Positions 40,078 through 49,457 of a stretch of DNA of 64,000 bases are shown one piece after another (positions within the stretch are counted from its first letter, which is position 1; each line of letters opens with the position of its first letter). Position numbers and translations under genes: made by a program. A model generated the notes under the pieces. The model made no database searches, was not told the DNA's origin, and worked only from the letters and a program-made list of their open reading frames with translations. Source of the stretch: Elusimicrobiota bacterium (GTDB taxonomy: Bacteria > Elusimicrobiota > Elusimicrobia > UBA1565); contig JACPXC010000010.1 in assembly GCA_016196755.1 (NCBI GenBank), positions 7,802 through 71,801 on the forward strand, in the 5' to 3' direction.

Positions 40078-41270
40078 GCGGCGCGGAGCGCGTCGCCGCG
40101 GCCTTGTTGCGCGACCGCGCGCTTCCCTCCGAGGCATGCTACCTCCTTCCGGCCGGCGCGCGCTCCTGGGCGGCACTCTCCGAGACGAGCTATCTGGCCC
40201 AGAGACGCTTCTACGAGGCGGCTGCGTGGAGCGCCCTGGGCGGACCGGCATGGTTCAGGGGCTGCCGGCGTCCCGGCGAGCTCGCCGTCGTCGGCTGCGG
40301 AGTCGGCCACGGGTTGGGCGAGATCGAGCTCCTTAGCCGCCTCGTCGCCGATCCGGCCGGGCCGCGAGTGCTCTATTGGGCGACCGACACCTCGGAGATC
40401 CTGCTTGGCGAGCACCTGGCCCGGCTGCGCGCGGCCCTGCCGGGAGCGCTGGGGGCGGGCCGCCTGCGCGTGGCTTCGGCGTGCGCCGATATCCTGAGAC
40501 TGAAAAGCGTCATCGACCTCCCGCCGGAGGTCCCGGTCCTGGCCACGGCCTTCGGCAACACGCTGGGGATCCGTCCCGGCTTGGTCATGCCGTTCATGAA
40601 GCAGTTGGAGCGCTCCTTCGGCCGGCGGCCCCGCGCCCTGCTGGCGGGGATCGGCGTCGCCGGCCGCCAGCCCTGCCGCTATCCCGCCGAGGCTTTCGAG
40701 TTTTTCCTCGAGACCCTGCGCGCGCTTGCGGCCGAGGGGGCTCTGCGCGCGGGGCCGGGAGAGTTCACCGCCGCGCCCGGGAGGCTCAACCTCCCCGTCG
40801 CGCGGGGAGCGCACCGTCTCAAGGCCTCGGGACCGCGCCTAGGCGACGTCTACCGCCTCCGCTACCGCCTGTCCTTCCCGCTGGGCTCGCCCGCGGTCGC
40901 CGACGCGCTGCCGGCCGGAACATGGCTCACGCTCGTGTCCGCCGTCCTTTTCGATCCTTCCGCTTTGCTGCGCCAGTTGCGCGCCTGGGGCTACGGCGCC
41001 GCCGCCGCGGCGCCGATCATGCCTGCCAACGGAAGGGAGTACGCGGTCGTCGCGGCGTTCTCCGGCACGCTTGCCTCAGGGCGCGTAGGCTTTGGCGAAG
41101 GGGTAGACGCCGATGCCGGCCAGCAGCACGCCGAGCAGGAAAACGATGAAGCCGTTCTCGAAAAGCGCGAGAAAGATGCCCTCCAGCTTCGGCCTGACGA
41201 CCAGCTCGCGGCGGCGGCCGCGCCGGCTGATGCCGATGTGCATGTCCATGGCCGCGGCCCCGGAAAATAG
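40074..41270 (+). CDS. SAM-dependent methyltransferase of the EgtD-like (Methyltransf_33, histidine-N-alpha-methyltransferase-like) family; 3' end uncertain
   Basis: ATG at 40074 overlaps the ATP-grasp stop (ATGA). Gly-rich SAM motif VVGCGVGHG followed by VLYWATDTSEILL, resembling the EgtD pattern. The frame stays open to 41270, but codon GC3 drops after ~41080 where it runs antisense to the 41076..41387 ORF. Confidence 0.5.
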   Translation: MSGAERVAAALLRDRALPSEACYLLPAGARSWAALSETSYLAQRRFYEAAAWSALGGPAWFRGCRRPGELAVVGCGVGHGLGEIELLSRLVADPAGPRVLYWATDTSEILLGEHLARLRAALPGALGAGRLRVASACADILRLKSVIDLPPEVPVLATAFGNTLGIRPGLVMPFMKQLERSFGRRPRALLAGIGVAGRQPCRYPAEAFEFFLETLRALAAEGALRAGPGEFTAAPGRLNLPVARGAHRLKASGPRLGDVYRLRYRLSFPLGSPAVADALPAGTWLTLVSAVLFDPSALLRQLRAWGYGAAAAAPIMPANGREYAVVAAFSGTLASGRVGFGEGVDADAGQQHAEQENDEAVLEKREKDALQLRPDDQLAAAAAPADADVHVHGRGPGK

Positions 41271-41387
41271 CGAAACGACGCCGCATGCCGCCACGACGGC
41301 TCCGAGGACGGCGAGCCAGGCGAAGGGGGTGAGGCGTCCGAGGTCGAAAAGGGCTTCTTCGAGGGCTTGGACGAACGGAGGCATCAA
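41076..41387 (-). CDS. Small two-TM membrane protein (103 aa), translationally coupled to upstream gene
   Basis: High GC3 codon usage. Two hydrophobic helices. TTG/ATG start overlaps the stop of the 41384..42916 gene. Confidence 0.45.
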   Translation of the reverse strand: MMPPFVQALEEALFDLGRLTPFAWLAVLGAVVAACGVVSLFSGAAAMDMHIGISRRGRRRELVVRPKLEGIFLALFENGFIVFLLGVLLAGIGVYPFAKAYAP

Positions 41388-42916
41388 CGGGCGGTCAGAA
41401 AAGCCGCGGCCGACCGCACCGCGCGAGAGAACCTAGGCCAGGCCAAGTCGGGATACTCGGCTGCGGTCTCGTGCGCCTCGGCCAGCAGTTCGTCGGCCAA
41501 ACGGCGCGCCCGCTCCGGGTCCATGCGGCCCGCCGTGGCGAAGGTGGGCGTCCCGCCCGAGGGGTTGGCGGCCTGCTTGAGCGCCGCGGCGCGCTCGAGC
41601 TTGTCGTAGTAGTTGCGTAGGGTCTCCTCGCTGGGCGCCGGGCGGGACAGCACCGTCCAGACCATCTGGGCGAGAAGCCCCAGGGCGCCGACGAGGAGGA
41701 TGGGCCAAGCCGCTTGGATATCCATTGCCGCCAGCCCGAAAGGGGCCAGCCCGTATAGTTTACCGCTTCCGGCGAAGGTGCGGTGGGCCCAGCCGGGCTT
41801 GAGCAGGCCTTTCGCCTCGAGCTCTCCGGAGAGGCGGATGAGGCCCGAAACGTCGGCGCCGCCGGCGCGGGCCGCGTCGAGGATTTCATCTAAGTGCTTG
41901 CCCATCGACTCCGGGGTCGACAGCCCGCCGTCCATGACGGCCCGGATCGACTTGCCCTCATGGATGCCGTAGGTGAACTCCCAATCCGGGCCGACTTGGC
42001 GCATGCGGGCCTTCGAGAAGTCGGTGCGGCCGGGCCCCGCGGCGCCCGCGCGGAGCCAGCGGAAGAACTCGTTGTTGCGGGCTATGGTCACGGCCCTCGC
42101 CGCGTCCTTGAGGTGGAGCGAGAGGATCGAAACGGCATCCGGCGTGGGGCGGCCCTGCTCGTCCTTCTCGGGCCAGCGGGCGCTCTTGAGGCTGCGGGCG
42201 AACGCGGCTTCGACCTCGGCGTCGTCGGCCTCGGTCTCCGCCAACTCGTCGGCGATCTTGATCCAGTCGGCAAGGCTCAAGGACGCGTCGGGGTCCATGT
42301 TCATGAGCAGCGAAAGGATGGTGACGTGCATCCCGCTCTGGCGGGCGGCGACGCTCAGCAGCCGGCCCTGCGTCATGAGGCCGCGCGTGAAATCGTCCCG
42401 TCCTTCATCGGGGGCGGCCGGTTGGAGGCCGTTCTTGGACGGGCCGGCGCCCTTGCCGTCGGCGGAGACTCCGTCGTCGGAGACGCCATTGCGGACCGTC
42501 CGGGTGCCGTCGAAGAGGGCATTGAGGCGGAGCGGTTGTATCTTCGCCTGGCCGCGCCCGCCGGGCTTCACGCCCAATGCCTCGGAGACTGCCTGGGGGA
42601 TGGATTTGCGCTCGGCGGCGGCGGCCGGAGCCGAGGCGGCGGGCAGAGGGACGGCCGTCCGGGCGGCTATGGCGGCCTGAGCCCGGGCCGGCGCTACGCT
42701 CAAGGCCGGCCGGATGCTTGATGTGAGGGAGGGCACGCTCAGCGACGGAAGCGACAACGAAGGGGTGAGGGAGGGCTGAGCCGACTGGACGCCGGCCGCG
42801 GCGCCGGCAACGCCGGGGACGGCCCCTAACGGGGCCACGGGCGCGACGGTGCGCACGGTCTGGGCGCGGAGCATGGGCGCCGTCAGCAAGACGGCCAAGG
42901 TCGCTAGCACGCGCAT
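41384..42916 (-). CDS. Hypothetical secreted/membrane-anchored protein (signal peptide, Ala/Pro/Ser-rich linker, C-terminal TM), no recognizable domain
   Basis: MRVLATLAVLLTAPMLRAQ signal. Internal TM helix AAWPILLVGALGLLAQMVWTVL near the C-terminal third. 510 aa. Confidence 0.45.
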   Translation of the reverse strand: MRVLATLAVLLTAPMLRAQTVRTVAPVAPLGAVPGVAGAAAGVQSAQPSLTPSLSLPSLSVPSLTSSIRPALSVAPARAQAAIAARTAVPLPAASAPAAAAERKSIPQAVSEALGVKPGGRGQAKIQPLRLNALFDGTRTVRNGVSDDGVSADGKGAGPSKNGLQPAAPDEGRDDFTRGLMTQGRLLSVAARQSGMHVTILSLLMNMDPDASLSLADWIKIADELAETEADDAEVEAAFARSLKSARWPEKDEQGRPTPDAVSILSLHLKDAARAVTIARNNEFFRWLRAGAAGPGRTDFSKARMRQVGPDWEFTYGIHEGKSIRAVMDGGLSTPESMGKHLDEILDAARAGGADVSGLIRLSGELEAKGLLKPGWAHRTFAGSGKLYGLAPFGLAAMDIQAAWPILLVGALGLLAQMVWTVLSRPAPSEETLRNYYDKLERAAALKQAANPSGGTPTFATAGRMDPERARRLADELLAEAHETAAEYPDLAWPRFSRAVRSAAAFLTAR

Positions 42917-42964
42917 CGCATCAAGGATAACGGCTTTCCCGTCGAAGCGGCAGAGGCCGAGGGC

Positions 42965-44239
42965 CTAGGCGGAACCCAGGTCTTTAGAAAGCGGCAATAG
43001 CCAATCCGCCGCGCGCTCGGTGGCCCCGGCGAAGCCGTCTGCCGCGTTCTTCGCGTTGCGGCCCATGTTGCGCAGGCGCTCAGGGTCGCCGAGCAGGGAC
43101 TCGAGCCCCCGGGCCAGGCTGTCGGCGTCCGACACGCGCAGGCAGCCTCGCCCCTTCTCGAGCGTCGCGGCCTCGGCCTTGACCGCGTCGAGATGGGGTC
43201 CGAAGAGGACGGGGACGCCGAGCATCGCGGGCTCGAGCACGTTGTGGCCGCCCGAGCCCGGCAGCAGGGTGCCGCCGACGAAAGCGGCCTGGCCCGCCGC
43301 GTAGAGCGGGCCCAGGACCCCCATCACGTCGACGAGCAGGCACTGCGGCTCTTCGGCGAAGGGCAGGAGCTCCGACCAGCGCGTGAACGGCAGGCCTGCC
43401 TTGCGCACGAGCTCGGCCACCTCGGCCGAACGCTCGGGATGGCGCGGGGCCAAGATGAGCTTGAGGCCCGGCACCGCGGCCTTGCGGTGCGCGGCCAGGA
43501 CCAGCTCCTCCTCGCCCGGACGCGTGCTGCCGGCCACCCAGCAGGGGGAGTCCTTGAACAGCGCGCGCACGCGCTCTAGCGCGGCCGAGATGTCGTCTGG
43601 AGCAGGGGGGCGCAGGTCGTACTTCGTGTTGCCGGTGACGGCGCCGGCCTCCACGGGGACGCCCAGAGCCTCGAAACGGACCCGGTCCTCCTCGGTCTGG
43701 TAGCAGGCCCGGTGAACGCCGCCCAGGGCCAGGGCCGCCAGCGGGCGGGCCAGAAGCCAGCGACGGGCCGAGCGTTCGCTCAAGCAGGCGTTGACCAAAC
43801 CTATGGGGATCCCTCGGCGCTGAGCGGCCACCAAGGACATCGGCCAGAGCTCGCTCTCGGCGGCGATCAGCGCCGCGGGCTGCAGCCGGTCGAGGAAAGC
43901 CGAGACGCAGAGGAAGAAATCCGCGGGTACCAGGTAGGCCGCGGCCACGCCGGGCAGGGTCTTGGCCTTCTCGCGTCCGGCGGCCGTCGAGCAGGTGACG
44001 ACGACGGGCAGGCCCTTCCAGCGCGCGAGCAGGCGCTCCAACGCCTGCGTCTCGCCCACCGAGGCGGCGTGGACCCAGAGGACGGGGCCGGAACCGGTCC
44101 AGGCCGGACGCCCGAGCCGCTCGCTTAAGTCGGCAAGGCCCTCCTTGAAAGCGCCCCACCGTCCCGCCTTGGCCACCCCGGCCAGGGCGGCCAGAGCCAC
44201 GAGCGGGAAGAGGAGCTGGTAGGCTGCGAGGAAGATCAC
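42965..44239 (-). CDS. waaA: 3-deoxy-D-manno-octulosonic acid transferase (Kdo transferase)
   Basis: KdtA N-domain (WVHAASVGETQALERL) and C-terminal glycosyltransferase domain. 424 aa. Adjacent to lipid A acyltransferase-like gene. Confidence 0.85.
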   Translation of the reverse strand: MIFLAAYQLLFPLVALAALAGVAKAGRWGAFKEGLADLSERLGRPAWTGSGPVLWVHAASVGETQALERLLARWKGLPVVVTCSTAAGREKAKTLPGVAAAYLVPADFFLCVSAFLDRLQPAALIAAESELWPMSLVAAQRRGIPIGLVNACLSERSARRWLLARPLAALALGGVHRACYQTEEDRVRFEALGVPVEAGAVTGNTKYDLRPPAPDDISAALERVRALFKDSPCWVAGSTRPGEEELVLAAHRKAAVPGLKLILAPRHPERSAEVAELVRKAGLPFTRWSELLPFAEEPQCLLVDVMGVLGPLYAAGQAAFVGGTLLPGSGGHNVLEPAMLGVPVLFGPHLDAVKAEAATLEKGRGCLRVSDADSLARGLESLLGDPERLRNMGRNAKNAADGFAGATERAADWLLPLSKDLGSA

Positions 44240-44868
44240 GCCACGAGCCGGTCGGCCGTGTCGACGGCGCGGTTTAGGGCCGCCTCGAGCTCGGCCGTCT
44301 TGGCCGCGTCCTCGTCGCCGGGGCCGACGCGGATCAGCGGCTCGTGGACCACGACAGCTTTGGAGAAGGGCAGCGGGACGTGGAACTTGTCCCAGGACTT
44401 GCGCAGGACCAGGCGCCGGCTCGTGGCGCAGGCCAGAGGCAGGATCGGCGCGCCCGACAGGCGGGCCAGGGCCACCACGCCGGGCTTGACCTTCCGCGCG
44501 GGGCCCTTGGGGCCGTCCGGGGTGATCCCCACCCGGCGTCCCGCGGCCAACTCCTCGATGAGCTCCTTGGCGGCCGCAGCACCCCCGCGCGAGGATGAGC
44601 CGCGCGCCGCGTTGATCCCGGAGAGCGTCATCGTGCGGGCGATCATCTCGCCGTCGCGGCTGCGGCTGACGAGGACGGTAGCCAGGCTGCCGCGGTGGGT
44701 CCAGGTGAAGAAGACCTGGCGCTGGTGCCAGAAAGCGTAGATGAAGGCGCCGGCGGCCTCGGCCTGGCGCAGGTGCTCTCGCCCATGCACGCGCAGGCGC
44801 GAGGTGACCCCGACGAGGGACACGTAGCCGTAGGCGGCGTAGGGGACCGCCGCGCGCAGCAAGTCCAA
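44236..44868 (-). CDS. Lysophospholipid/lipid A acyltransferase-like protein (DUF374/LPLAT family)
   Basis: FWHQRQ (HX4D-like acyltransferase motif variant). 210 aa. Start overlaps the waaA stop. Confidence 0.55.
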   Translation of the reverse strand: MDLLRAAVPYAAYGYVSLVGVTSRLRVHGREHLRQAEAAGAFIYAFWHQRQVFFTWTHRGSLATVLVSRSRDGEMIARTMTLSGINAARGSSSRGGAAAAKELIEELAAGRRVGITPDGPKGPARKVKPGVVALARLSGAPILPLACATSRRLVLRKSWDKFHVPLPFSKAVVVHEPLIRVGPGDEDAAKTAELEAALNRAVDTADRLVA

Positions 44869-44870
44869 AC

Positions 44871-45452
44871 CTACTTCTTCGACGCGGTCTTGGCGCCGCG
44901 GCGGCCCTTGCGGGCTAGCCAGCTCACGCAGAAGGCGCGCGAGTGGCCGGGGCGGAGAGTGCCCGCCTCGGCCGTGACGCCGACCTTGGAGCCGTCGAGC
45001 TTGGCCAGGACCTTGTCGAGCGCCTCGGAGCCCTCGAGGTAGCCGATGGGGGAGAGGTCACAGCGCTCGTCCTCGACCTCTTCCTTGATGAGCGAGATGA
45101 TGAATTGGACGGCGCGCTCGCCGGCCACCGCCGCGGCGGCGTCGAGGGCCTTCCCCGAGGCGGGGTGCTCGGTGCGCAGTTCGTCGAGGGCCGCGGCGAA
45201 GTCCGGGCCCAGCGTGGTGACGGCCAGGGTGTGGGCCACGCCGGGGACCGGCGAGAGCGCGGCGGTCTCGGGGGAATCGGGGCCGTAGGAGTCGAAGAGA
45301 ACCGAGGGCTTGAGGCTTTTCTCGGCCCGGTCGAGCAGGGCGGCCAGCTTGGCGTCGTCGAGGCCCGGAAGGGGGGCGTTGGCCCCGCGCGTCACGCGAC
45401 GGCGGATCTCCTTGAAAGGCAGGCGCATGTTGAAGTCCCGGATCTTCCTCAT
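44871..45452 (-). CDS. Hypothetical protein (193 aa)
   Basis: ORF with high GC3, no recognized motif. Located between secF and the acyltransferase gene in the co-directional array. Confidence 0.4.
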   Translation of the reverse strand: MRKIRDFNMRLPFKEIRRRVTRGANAPLPGLDDAKLAALLDRAEKSLKPSVLFDSYGPDSPETAALSPVPGVAHTLAVTTLGPDFAAALDELRTEHPASGKALDAAAAVAGERAVQFIISLIKEEVEDERCDLSPIGYLEGSEALDKVLAKLDGSKVGVTAEAGTLRPGHSRAFCVSWLARKGRRGAKTASKK

Positions 45453-45479
45453 GACTTCCTCCCGACCGACGCCGCGGCC

Positions 45480-46451
45480 TCAGCCGCGGCGATGCTTGCC
45501 GTGCGGCTTGCCGCCGCCGGCCGAGACGACCGGCTCCGCCAGCGCGGGGCGAGCCCCGCCGCGGCGCGTCTCCCACTCGTAGACCATGGGCGTCGCCACC
45601 GCGATCGTCGAGTAGGAGCCGACGAAGACGCCGAAGGTCATGCACAGCGCGAAGTCGTGGATGACCGCGCCTCCGAAGAGCAGGAGGGTCACGACGGTGA
45701 TGAACACCAGGCCCGAGGTGATGATCGTGCGCGAGAGGGTCTCATTGACGCTGATGTTGAGCAGTTGGTCGAGCGGCTCGCGGCGGTTCATCGTCAGGCG
45801 CTCGCGGATGCGGTCGAAGATGACGATCGTGTCGTTGATAGAGTAGCCGGCGAGAGTGAGGAGGCCGGCCACGAGGGTCAGGTCGAACTCCAGGCCGAGG
45901 AGGCTGACCAGGCCGGCGGTGGCCAGCACGTCGTGAGCCAGGGCGATGACGCCCGCCACGCCCCAGACCGGGTTCGCGAAGCGGAACCCCACGTAGATGA
46001 CGATGCCGAGCAGGCAGAAGAAGATCGCGAAGGAGGCCTGTTTGAAGAGATGGGCGCCTACCGTCGGGCCGACGAACTCCTGCGAGTCGACCCGGAACTT
46101 GGCCGCCGGGTCGGCGGCGGCGAGCTTCTTGAGGAACTCCTCGACCAGGGTGGCGTCCTGGTCCTCGCCGCGCGACTTGAGACGGATCTGGTACGCGTCG
46201 GTGCCCGTGAAGCGCTGGGGGATGGCGTCGGGGAAGCCCGCCGACTCCAGGGTCTTGCGCAGGGCGCCGATCTCCACCGGAGTCTCGTAGGTCAGCTGGA
46301 CGACGCTGCCGCCCACGAAGTCGATCGAGTAGTTGAAGCCCTTGACCGCGAGGACGATGAGGCTGCCGACGACGACGACGATAAAGACCGCGAAGGACTT
46401 GAACCGGGCGCCGATGAAGTCGAAGTGGGTCTTCTCGGAGAAGAATTCCAT
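45480..46451 (-). CDS. secF: Protein-export membrane protein SecF
   Basis: SecF N-terminus (DFIGARFKSFAVFIVVVVGS...GFNYSIDFVGG) and C-terminal 6-TM SecD/F domain. 323 aa. Confidence 0.9.
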   Translation of the reverse strand: MEFFSEKTHFDFIGARFKSFAVFIVVVVGSLIVLAVKGFNYSIDFVGGSVVQLTYETPVEIGALRKTLESAGFPDAIPQRFTGTDAYQIRLKSRGEDQDATLVEEFLKKLAAADPAAKFRVDSQEFVGPTVGAHLFKQASFAIFFCLLGIVIYVGFRFANPVWGVAGVIALAHDVLATAGLVSLLGLEFDLTLVAGLLTLAGYSINDTIVIFDRIRERLTMNRREPLDQLLNISVNETLSRTIITSGLVFITVVTLLLFGGAVIHDFALCMTFGVFVGSYSTIAVATPMVYEWETRRGGARPALAEPVVSAGGGKPHGKHRRG

Positions 46452-46458
46452 GGGGCCT

Positions 46459-47872
46459 CTATACCTTGAGCTCGTCCATCTGTCCCGAGGAGAGCAGGGA
46501 GTCGAAGATCATGCGCGTGACGACGATCGCCGTGAACATCGAGCAGACGATGCCCAGGGTCAGGGTGACCGCGAAGCCCTTGATCGGGCCGGTGCCGAAC
46601 TGGAACAGGAACAGCGCCGCGATCAGCGCGGTCAGGTTGCCGTCGACGATGGCCGAGAAGGCCTTGTCGTAGCCGGCGTCGAGTGCTATCCGGGCCGGCT
46701 TGCCGGCCTTGAGCTCCTCGCGGATGCGCTCGAAGATCAGGACGTTGGCGTCCACCGTCATGCCCACCGAGAGGAGCAGGCCGGCGATGCCCGGCAGGGT
46801 CAGGGTGGCCCCGAAGTAGGCCATGAGCGCCAGGGTGAAGATGAAGTTGAGGACCAGGGCCGCGTCGGCCACCAGGCCGCCGACCCGGTAGTAGACCAGC
46901 ATGAACACGAGGACGATCCCCAGGCCGATGCAGGCCGCCCGGGTCCCGGAGCGGATCGAGTCCTCGCCGAGGGTGGCGCCGATCGTGCGCTCCTCGATGA
47001 TGCGCAGGGGGGCGGGCAGGGCGCCGGCGCGCAGGACGATGGCCAGCTTGCGCGCCTCCTCCATGGTGAAGTTCCCCTCGATGATGCCGGAGCCGCCGCG
47101 GATGGGGCTGCGGATGGTCGGGGCCGTCTGGACCATGCCGTCGAGCACGACGGCCATGTTCTTGCCGACGTTGGCCGAGGTCAGCTCGCCGAATACCTTG
47201 CCGCCCTCCGGCTTGAACTTGAAGGCCACGATGGGCAGCCCGTTGTCCCCGGTCTCCACGCGCGCCGAGTCGAGCAGGGCGCCGGTCAGGGGGACCGTGT
47301 CGCGAAGGACGTAGAACTCCGCGCCGCGGCCGCGCCGCAAGGTCGAGCCCGCGGGAAGCATGGCCGCCGCCGCGGTGGAGAGCTGCCCGCCGGCGAAGGG
47401 GTCGCCGACCTTCTCGTAGATCTTGGTCGCCGCGTCCCGCGCGGCCTGGGTGTCGTCGACCATGCGGAACTCGAGCAGGGCGGTGGTGCCGATGATCTCC
47501 TTGGCGGCCTGGACGTTCTTGATGCCCGGGAGCTGGACCACGACCCAGCGCTCGCCCTGGCGGGCGATCAGCGGCTCGGCCACGCCCAAAGCGTCGACCC
47601 GGTTGCGCAGGATCTCGATGGCGCGCGCCAGCGCGTCCTGCACGTCGGCGTCCGGGGGAAGCTTGTCGACGGCCAGCTCCATGAGGAGGTGCGAGCCGCC
47701 GCGCAGGTCGAGGCCCAGGTTCAAGAGATGCTTGGGGCGCAGGCGCGCCATCTCCAAGCGGTCGCGCTGGACGGCGTCCATCGTGTACCAGTCGATCGAG
47801 GGATAGGCCATGAAGCAGGCGAGGACGAATAGGAAGACCACGCCGGCCCACTTGAGCTGGATCTTGGTCATG
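46459..47872 (-). CDS. secD: Protein-export membrane protein SecD
   Basis: ATG at 47872 (MTKIQLKWAGVVFLFVLA). Periplasmic P1 domain and C-terminal SecD/F TM domain. The track ORF extends artefactually to 48081. Confidence 0.9.
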
Positions 47873-47875
47873 GCG

Positions 47876-48190
47876 TCAGGCCTTGTCGGCGGTCTCGGCC
47901 GTCGAGGCCAGCTCGGGGCCGTTGGCCAGCTTGGCCACCGAGGCGCGGGTGATGCGGACCTTGAGGCTGTCGCCGAGCTTGACGTCGAGGTCGGGGCCGC
48001 GCAGGTCGACGATGACGGCGTACAAGCCGCCCGAGGTGACGATCCGGTCGCCCTTCTTGAGGGCGGCCAGCATGGCCTCATGCGCCTTCTGCTGCTTCTG
48101 CTGGGGGCGGATCACCAGGAAATAGAAGATAGCGACCATCGCTATCAAAGGGACGAATCCCGCCAACGGGTTGGGCTGGGCGCCGTTCAT
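47876..48190 (-). CDS. yajC: Preprotein translocase subunit YajC
   Basis: Single N-terminal TM (LIAMVAIFYFLVIRPQQK) with canonical YajC motif. 104 aa. Upstream of secD. Confidence 0.85.
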   Translation of the reverse strand: MNGAQPNPLAGFVPLIAMVAIFYFLVIRPQQKQQKAHEAMLAALKKGDRIVTSGGLYAVIVDLRGPDLDVKLGDSLKVRITRASVAKLANGPELASTAETADKA

Positions 48191-48231
48191 GCTTTTCTCC
48201 TAATAAGAACCATCGAAATCCGCGTGCGATT

Positions 48232-49356
48232 CTAGCAAATGCCGCCCCGGTATTTGTCGAGGAAGGCTTTCCGGTCGGCCTCGAAGCGTCCCGCGACGAC
48301 GGCCTCCCGGATGCGCGCCATCGTGGCCAGGTTGAAATGGACGTTGTGGATCGTCAGCAGCCGGTAGGCGGCCAGCTCGCCGGCGCGGTAGAGGTGGCAG
48401 AGATAGGCGCGCGTGAAGGTCCGGCAGGTGTAGCAGGCGCAGCCGGGGTCCAGGGGTTCCTGGTCGTTGCGGAACGCTCCGTTCTTGATGTTGAGCCGGC
48501 CTCGGGAGCTCATGATCAGGCCGTTGCGGGCCACCCGGGTCGGCCAGACGCAGTCCATCATATCGACGCCCAGCGCCACGGCGTCCCAAAGGTCCTCGGG
48601 CGTCCCCATGCCCATGAGGTAGCGCGGCAGGCCCTCGGGCAGGGCGTCGAGAGCCTCGGCCAAGGCGGCCCAGGTCTGGGCCTTCTCCTCGCCCACCGAG
48701 AAGCCGCCGATGGCCACGCCGTGCGGGCCGGCCGAGACGATGTGCTCGGCCGCGCGACGGCGCAGGGGGCCGTACACCGAGCCCTGCAGTATGGGGAAGA
48801 ACAGATGGCCGCCGCCGGTGCGCGCGTCCTCGCGCTTGAAGGCCTCCACCGAGCGGTCGGTCCAGCGCATCGTGCGCTCGAGCGCCTTGCGGGCCTGCTC
48901 CTCGGTGCAGGGGTAGGGCGGACACTCGTCTAGCGTCGTCCACATGTCCGAGCCCAGGCGCGCCTGCAGGGCGATCACGCTCTCGGGGGTCAGGAACTGC
49001 GGCGAGCCGTCCAAGTGGGACTTGAAGACCACGCCCTTGTCGTCGACCTCGCGCAGGTCGGCCAGGCTGAAGATCTGGAAGCCCCCGGAGTCGGTGAGGA
49101 TGGCCCCGTCGTAGGCCATGAACTTGGCCAGGCCGCCGTGGGCCTCGATGACGTCGGGGCCGGGACGCAGGCCGAGGTGGTACGAGTTGGCGAGGATGGC
49201 GCGCATCCCGAGCGCCTTGATATCGTCGGCGCCGAGGGCTTTGATCGTGCCCTGGGTGGCCACCGGCATGAAGACCGGCGTCTGGACCGGGCCGTGCAGG
49301 GTCTTGAGCGTCCCTGCTCTGGTCTTTCCGTCGCGGGACTCTATTGTGAAGGTCAT
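48232..49356 (-). CDS. tgt: Queuine tRNA-ribosyltransferase
   Basis: TGT family motifs (TPVFMPVAT; zinc site CxCxxC...H: CACYTCRTFTRAYLCHL). 374 aa. Confidence 0.9.
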   Translation of the reverse strand: MTFTIESRDGKTRAGTLKTLHGPVQTPVFMPVATQGTIKALGADDIKALGMRAILANSYHLGLRPGPDVIEAHGGLAKFMAYDGAILTDSGGFQIFSLADLREVDDKGVVFKSHLDGSPQFLTPESVIALQARLGSDMWTTLDECPPYPCTEEQARKALERTMRWTDRSVEAFKREDARTGGGHLFFPILQGSVYGPLRRRAAEHIVSAGPHGVAIGGFSVGEEKAQTWAALAEALDALPEGLPRYLMGMGTPEDLWDAVALGVDMMDCVWPTRVARNGLIMSSRGRLNIKNGAFRNDQEPLDPGCACYTCRTFTRAYLCHLYRAGELAAYRLLTIHNVHFNLATMARIREAVVAGRFEADRKAFLDKYRGGIC

Positions 49357-49457
49357 TGAATCTTAACGCACACTGTTATACGCGCACGCAGTTAGCCCGT
49401 TCCGCGCGGCGTCTGAACACATTGGGCATGATAGTTAAAGGGACTTGGAGAGCCGGA

